Virus record (IMG/VR): IMGVR_UViG_3300025821_000010
DNA length: 64,000 nt
From: an uncultured virus (IMG/VR IMGVR_UViG_3300025821_000010)
Taxonomy: Duplodnaviria; Heunggongvirae; Uroviricota; Caudoviricetes
Reading direction: 5' to 3' (one strand)
The notes under the pieces: model-generated
What the model was told of the DNA's origin: nothing
Databases searched by the model: none
What the model saw: only the letters and a program-made list of their open reading frames with translations
Shown: one piece after another, positions 60,001-64,000 of the stretch
How the letters are laid out: each line of letters begins with the position of its first letter
Position numbering within the stretch: position 1 is the stretch's first letter
Made by a program: the position numbers and the translations under genes

Positions 60001-60371
60001 GTTATGAATTTACGTCAGGGCCAACTTGGGTGGATAATGTAAGTAACAACGGAACTGGTACTATAAACGGAACAATACCTAACTCTAACACTACAATAAC
60101 GCAATCTGTTTCAGGTGTTGTAGAATCTTCAGCAACTTGCACATCATTTGCTGCGGGTCCAAACAGTAATTTTGCAGGAGTATGTGAAGCAATTGGATTA
60201 AACACTTATTACCACAATGGAGCTGGAAGTTATCCAATAGCTGGAGACACAGTGTACAGTGAAGCTGGATGTTCAACATTCTTAGCGGCAGGATATTACT
60301 TAATGTCAAGTAATAATTATATCAGAGTAGTTGGAGGAGGAGAAGTATTAGAAGTGGGGAATTGTGTATAA
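57066..60371 (+). CDS. Tail fibre/adhesin with repeated Ig-like units and a Cys-rich insert
   Basis: Repeated Y.F.T.I...SGYEFTSGPT units; LTSAEYSALTPNANTLYLI fibre motif. Confidence 0.7.
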   Translation: MAIIYSYEQEANPQFSDLLLGTDVSAPGKPTKSFSIQSIVDLVETGVPGGGTVTSVGTNSSTFVTLSGGPITTSGIISASLSATGVPSATTYLRGDNTWATIPSSLNTTYTITSAQNGTAANIRLTGSDTTQTLVTLAAGANIALTDNGSNRITIGVTGLPSGSVTSVTADGGLYIVSGSATVNPVLAVDLTGLNNYIKVSENQTTAISDDFIAFNQNSSENVKTTTLGAITPNSLSLVKDYIDAGDVGDVRNDTDTFTTTAVVENVVSLTSAEYSALTPNANTLYLIVGAATSYTNTLAFTNNIVGTEYTIGGDQAGATRSGIEGASYAFNTTITPNSGYYFSSGPTVTNASGVFGTADETVYTILEGTVEQIVEPPITATLALTLSPSLGTNGVEYTLGGDLAGATQSGPSPLTYAFNTTISANSGYEFTSGPTITNATGTINGSQSVVTNITGTIEAIAIPPVTVTPSLINNFTGESSQVSLSVTPGSFSGDSPVTYTFNPVATANSGYAIENLTYTGDISGSATSSKTAVMYANGNVIQTSTNAVVELDLVVNITGGGYVTSGDLDGAQQTGPIPFTYAFDTDVSPLPGYEFTSLTINNASGTTNQSGLQVVTTTITGTIQEAPETVRATLQVNPSITGEQVYSITGDNTGAFQEGLPPFDYSFSTGVSIPSGYEWTTGPNVSPNPNSGTISADTTVTTNITGNIAAVADSYYTLFKCSTQSGGFTSSQTTTQISLNTNDQIYNLANASDTYIVTGTSTSQGTSISVSSSQGTGCPPTLYYYIIENCANSSQLQYGYSTQPNLGAGDTFNYFSNCYKYYDVDPTEVGTIDLDALSTCQCGPEQGYVNLTFSNNVTGAANTTTALGGFTTLQGNVGDPYTFTNSIVANTGYQFTSGPTWNPSAVITGTFVSGTTNITQTVTGNVTAIPNEVTVTLAFSNNVTNNQFTTTSLTPGATITGNPGDSYQFVHTITTDPGYEFTSGPTWVDNVSNNGTGTINGTIPNSNTTITQSVSGVVESSATCTSFAAGPNSNFAGVCEAIGLNTYYHNGAGSYPIAGDTVYSEAGCSTFLAAGYYLMSSNNYIRVVGGGEVLEVGNCV

Positions 60372-60405
60372 TACAAAAATTAAAAAAACTAACTAAAAAT
60401 AAAAA

Positions 60406-63400
60406 ATGGCAATAATATATAGTTATCCAACGGCTACGCCTAAGGCTTCAGACTTACTAATAGGTACTGTTACATATGACGGTGCCTCTGGTACGCCTGT
60501 AGATGGTAATCCAACAAGAACCTTTAATATAGGTGATATAGCCAATTTATTAGGAGGCTATACTTTATCTAGTCAAGCAGCTGGGTTAAATGCAAATATT
60601 GTATTAACTAGTAATCTAGGAGCAATAAGCGCTGTAAACCTTTTAAGAGGTGCTGGCATATCAATATCTGATAATGGCACAAATGGAATAACAATAGGTA
60701 ACACTGGTGTATTATCAATTGTAGGTTCAAATTCAACTTTTGTTAGTTCAACGCCTGTTTTATCATCTACTGGTAATGTAACCATATCTTCTAGTTTATC
60801 TGCAATAGGTACACCTAGTAGTTCAAACTACTTAAGAGGTGACAATAGATGGTCTACCCCTGTAACTACAATTACAACTCAGGATAGTCAATTTATAAAT
60901 TTAACACCTAATTCCTCTACGAATGGCGCTGTAACTATAACGGCCCAATTATCTGCTGGAGGTTCTCCAACGTCATCAAACTTTTTAAGAGGTGATAATG
61001 TGTGGGCTGTGCCTGCTGGTGGTGGTACTGTTACTTCTGTAAATGCTGGTACTGGTATTGCTGTTGATAACAGTAACCCTGCGGATCCTATAGTTAGTAA
61101 CACCGGAGTGTTATCTAATATTGCAGGTACTGGTATATCTATAAGTAGTGCAACTGGAAATTCAACTATTACAAACACAGCACCTGATCAAACTGTTGTT
61201 ATAACAGGAAGTGGTGATACAACTGTTACAGGTACATATCCTACGTTTAATATATCTTCAGATTCTGGGGTAACACAAATAGTAGCTGGTAATGATATAT
61301 CAATATCTCCAGTAGGTGGAACTGGTATTGTAACAATAAATTCTACGTCTCAAGGAGGCGTTACATCTTTAATAGCTGGTGATAACATAACATTAAGTCC
61401 AGTAACTGGCTTAGGTGATGTAACTGTTAATGCACCTGGCTTAATACCTTACACTGAAACTTCTACAGCGAATATACAGTTTGTTTCAGAGGATGTAGCT
61501 TTAGGTGGTGGTTCTTCTTCAGATACGGTCGTACCTTCTCAACTAGCTGTTAAAACATATGTAGACAATGCTGTTGTTGGCGGATTAATATACCAAGGAA
61601 GCTACGATGCTTCTACAAATACCCCAGTTCTTGATAGCAGAGGTACTCAAATAGCTGTTACTCAAGGTTGGACATATACGGTTACAGTGGACGGAACGTT
61701 TTATGGTGAAACGGTCAAAGTTGGTGATGTACTTATTGCCGAAACAGATTTAGCTGCTGGAACAGGGGCTTTAACTGATTGGACTACGGTTCAAAGTAAT
61801 ATTGATTTAGCTACGGCAGGTACTACAGCTACGGCTATTAGAGGTTTAGCTGGTTTTGATACAGACAACTTTACTGTTGTTGATGGATTTGTTAACTTAA
61901 AAGTAGGTGATATTATACCTTCTAATATAGTTGAATCTGTAGTAGCTGGTGCAAATGTAACTGTAGATAATACAGATCCTAAAAATCCTATTGTAAGTGC
62001 TTCTGGAAATCCAATACCTGTATCTGAAGAAGGGGTACAAGTTACACCAAGTGTTGCTTCATTTAATTTCACAGGTGCTGGTGTTACAGCTACAGCGGTT
62101 GGTAATGATGTTACAGTTAATGTTGCTCAAGCACAATCGGTTAGTAATTTAGTTTATGATGTAAGGAATCAAACTGGTAGTGAAATACCAGCTGGTTCAG
62201 CAGTATATATAGTTGGCGGTTCTGGCGCTAGTGACCACGTTAATGTTGTGTTAGCTTTAGCTGATAATGATGAACATTCATCTAAAACATTTGGTATAAC
62301 ATCATTAGCTATACCAAATAACTCAATTGGCCCAGTTACTTTAGAAGGTTTAATTGAGGGTATTGATACAAGTCTTTGGGATAACGGCGATACATTGTGG
62401 CTTTCTCCAACAGTACCTGGTGGTATTCAAAATACAATACCGGCTACACCTGCTCACGCGGTGTTTTTAGGATATGCTGTTAGGATACAACAAAACAATG
62501 GATCTATATTTGTTAAAATACAAAATGGCCCTGAACTAAGTGAATTGCATGATGTACTTATAACTAATGTACAAAACAATCAATCTATAACTTGGGATTC
62601 AACTAATAGTTATTGGAAAAATACAAATATAGCTAATTCAGTTACCGGTGGTAGTAGTACTTTTATATCTACAACCGCAGACACAACTACTGGAGATATT
62701 ACTATAACATCGTCTTTAAGTGCTACGGGCACACCTGATGCAACCACGTTCCTTCGTGGTGATAACCAATGGGTGACAGTTGCTGGAACAACCTATGACT
62801 ATTCTAGTGCACAATCTGGAGACGATGTCAATTTAAACTTAATACCTTCAACTGGTACAACTGACACAGTTAAGCTTGTTGCTGGTTCAGGTATTAGTTT
62901 AACAGATGACGGAAGTAACAATGTAACTATTGCAGCATCTTCTTCAAGCTCAATTGCTAAAGATGATTTTGTAGGTGATGGTACTACAGTTGCTTTTACT
63001 TTATCTGTTCAGCCTTTCTCTACATTATTCACAAGTGTTTATATCGCTGGTGTTTACCAAGAAAAAGAAACGTACTCAATAACTGGTACTACACTTACTT
63101 TTACTACAGCACCGCCAAATAATGGATCTGTTGAGGTTATGTCAGTGGTTGTTTCAAATGTAACACCTGGCGCTAATACAATTACAAGGAATGATTTTAC
63201 TGGAACTGGTAGTCAAACTGATTATACGTTAACAGTTGCACCTTCCAGCATTAACTTTGTGGATGTATATGTAAGTGGTACATACCAAAACAAAGATACA
63301 TTTACAATTGTTGGTACAACCTTATCTTTTTCTGAAGCTCCGGCTAATAGTGATGAAATAGAGGTGATTATAATATCTAACGTATCACTGGTTCAAAACG

Positions 63401-63684
63401 AACAAGTAAATTATGGCGTTAATACAATATCGGCTAGTACTACAGCAAGCAAGAACAACTTATACGTATTAACTGCTGATTTAACATTAACATTACCAGC
63501 CTCGCCTGCAAATGGTGATTCAATTAAAATAAGTAACTTATCTGAGGTTGCTACTTGTATATTAGGTAGAAATGGTAGTTTAATAATGGGTGCGGCGTCT
63601 GATTTAACTTTAGATACACCTTCAGCTTCATTTGAGTTAATATATTCAGGAGCAACAAAAGGTTGGGTAATAGTAGGATTATAA
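60406..63684 (+). CDS. Tail fibre protein
   Basis: Same MAIIYSY start as the previous gene; LSA.G.P....LRGDN.W repeats; F.G.G....FTL repeats; LTLPASPANGD C-terminal module. Confidence 0.7.
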   Translation: MAIIYSYPTATPKASDLLIGTVTYDGASGTPVDGNPTRTFNIGDIANLLGGYTLSSQAAGLNANIVLTSNLGAISAVNLLRGAGISISDNGTNGITIGNTGVLSIVGSNSTFVSSTPVLSSTGNVTISSSLSAIGTPSSSNYLRGDNRWSTPVTTITTQDSQFINLTPNSSTNGAVTITAQLSAGGSPTSSNFLRGDNVWAVPAGGGTVTSVNAGTGIAVDNSNPADPIVSNTGVLSNIAGTGISISSATGNSTITNTAPDQTVVITGSGDTTVTGTYPTFNISSDSGVTQIVAGNDISISPVGGTGIVTINSTSQGGVTSLIAGDNITLSPVTGLGDVTVNAPGLIPYTETSTANIQFVSEDVALGGGSSSDTVVPSQLAVKTYVDNAVVGGLIYQGSYDASTNTPVLDSRGTQIAVTQGWTYTVTVDGTFYGETVKVGDVLIAETDLAAGTGALTDWTTVQSNIDLATAGTTATAIRGLAGFDTDNFTVVDGFVNLKVGDIIPSNIVESVVAGANVTVDNTDPKNPIVSASGNPIPVSEEGVQVTPSVASFNFTGAGVTATAVGNDVTVNVAQAQSVSNLVYDVRNQTGSEIPAGSAVYIVGGSGASDHVNVVLALADNDEHSSKTFGITSLAIPNNSIGPVTLEGLIEGIDTSLWDNGDTLWLSPTVPGGIQNTIPATPAHAVFLGYAVRIQQNNGSIFVKIQNGPELSELHDVLITNVQNNQSITWDSTNSYWKNTNIANSVTGGSSTFISTTADTTTGDITITSSLSATGTPDATTFLRGDNQWVTVAGTTYDYSSAQSGDDVNLNLIPSTGTTDTVKLVAGSGISLTDDGSNNVTIAASSSSSIAKDDFVGDGTTVAFTLSVQPFSTLFTSVYIAGVYQEKETYSITGTTLTFTTAPPNNGSVEVMSVVVSNVTPGANTITRNDFTGTGSQTDYTLTVAPSSINFVDVYVSGTYQNKDTFTIVGTTLSFSEAPANSDEIEVIIISNVSLVQNEQVNYGVNTISASTTASKNNLYVLTADLTLTLPASPANGDSIKISNLSEVATCILGRNGSLIMGAASDLTLDTPSASFELIYSGATKGWVIVGL

Positions 63685-63698
63685 AATAATAAAAAGAT

Positions 63699-64000
63699 AT
63701 GAGTAATTTAACAGATTTTTTTCCATCTGGTGGTGGAGGTTTAACCCCTAAGTTTGAAGAGTTTAATTCTTCAGGAACTTTTACGCCATCTCAAGCATTA
63801 ATAGATGCAGGAGGTTATATAGAGGTGTTTTTAGTTGCTGGAGGTGGACGTTCGTCAAGTAATAATTACGGAGGTAGTGGGGGAGAAGTTATTATACAGA
63901 ATATGTACTTAACATCTACATCTGATTGTATTGTAACGATTGGTGCAGCAGCTGCAAGTGGTGGAACAGGAGGTAGTAGTGTATTTACTGGTTCATCAGC
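63699..64000 (+). CDS. Gly-rich tail-fibre-type protein, 3'-partial
   Basis: MSNLTDFFPSGGGG...FNSSGTFTP...FLVAGGG; open to window end. Confidence 0.6.
   Translation, partial: MSNLTDFFPSGGGGLTPKFEEFNSSGTFTPSQALIDAGGYIEVFLVAGGGRSSSNNYGGSGGEVIIQNMYLTSTSDCIVTIGAAAASGGTGGSSVFTGSS

Noticed and set aside
1..64000. Diversity-generating retroelement, integrase, tRNA genes, alternative genetic code
   Set aside because: No reverse transcriptase or recombinase motifs, no adenine-specific TR/VR pair or tRNA cloverleaf noticed by eye, and ORFs are long and dense in the standard code

Overview
The whole window is an AT-rich tailed dsDNA phage genome segment with podovirus-like structural genes, probably most of a circularly permuted genome. 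A Bacteroidota/Flavobacteriia host is inferred from SD-less A-rich translation starts and gene content. The + strand late arm (56.3-64 kb and 1-36.6 kb) carries tail fibres/adhesins, GroEL/GroES, lysis genes, terminase, portal, scaffold, capsid, tail and internal virion proteins. The - strand arm (36.7-55.8 kb) carries RNR, a dCMP-hydroxymethylase-like gene with two NTP pyrophosphohydrolases, primase-helicase, SSB, exonuclease, ERF, a sigma-70 factor and many small early genes. No DNA polymerase was recognised. Most notable: (1) ten copies of a fixed-spacing phage-specific early promoter-like motif, plus a sigma-factor-like segment inside the 2085-aa virion protein, suggesting an injected sigma factor; (2) three copies of a 42-43 bp inverted-repeat element, one with a flipped core; (3) eight copies of a DnaA-box-like decamer near a DnaA-domain-IV-like gene; (4) a probable cytosine-modification module; (5) a tandem double-GroES gene. 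All calls come from reading motifs by eye; no searches were run.
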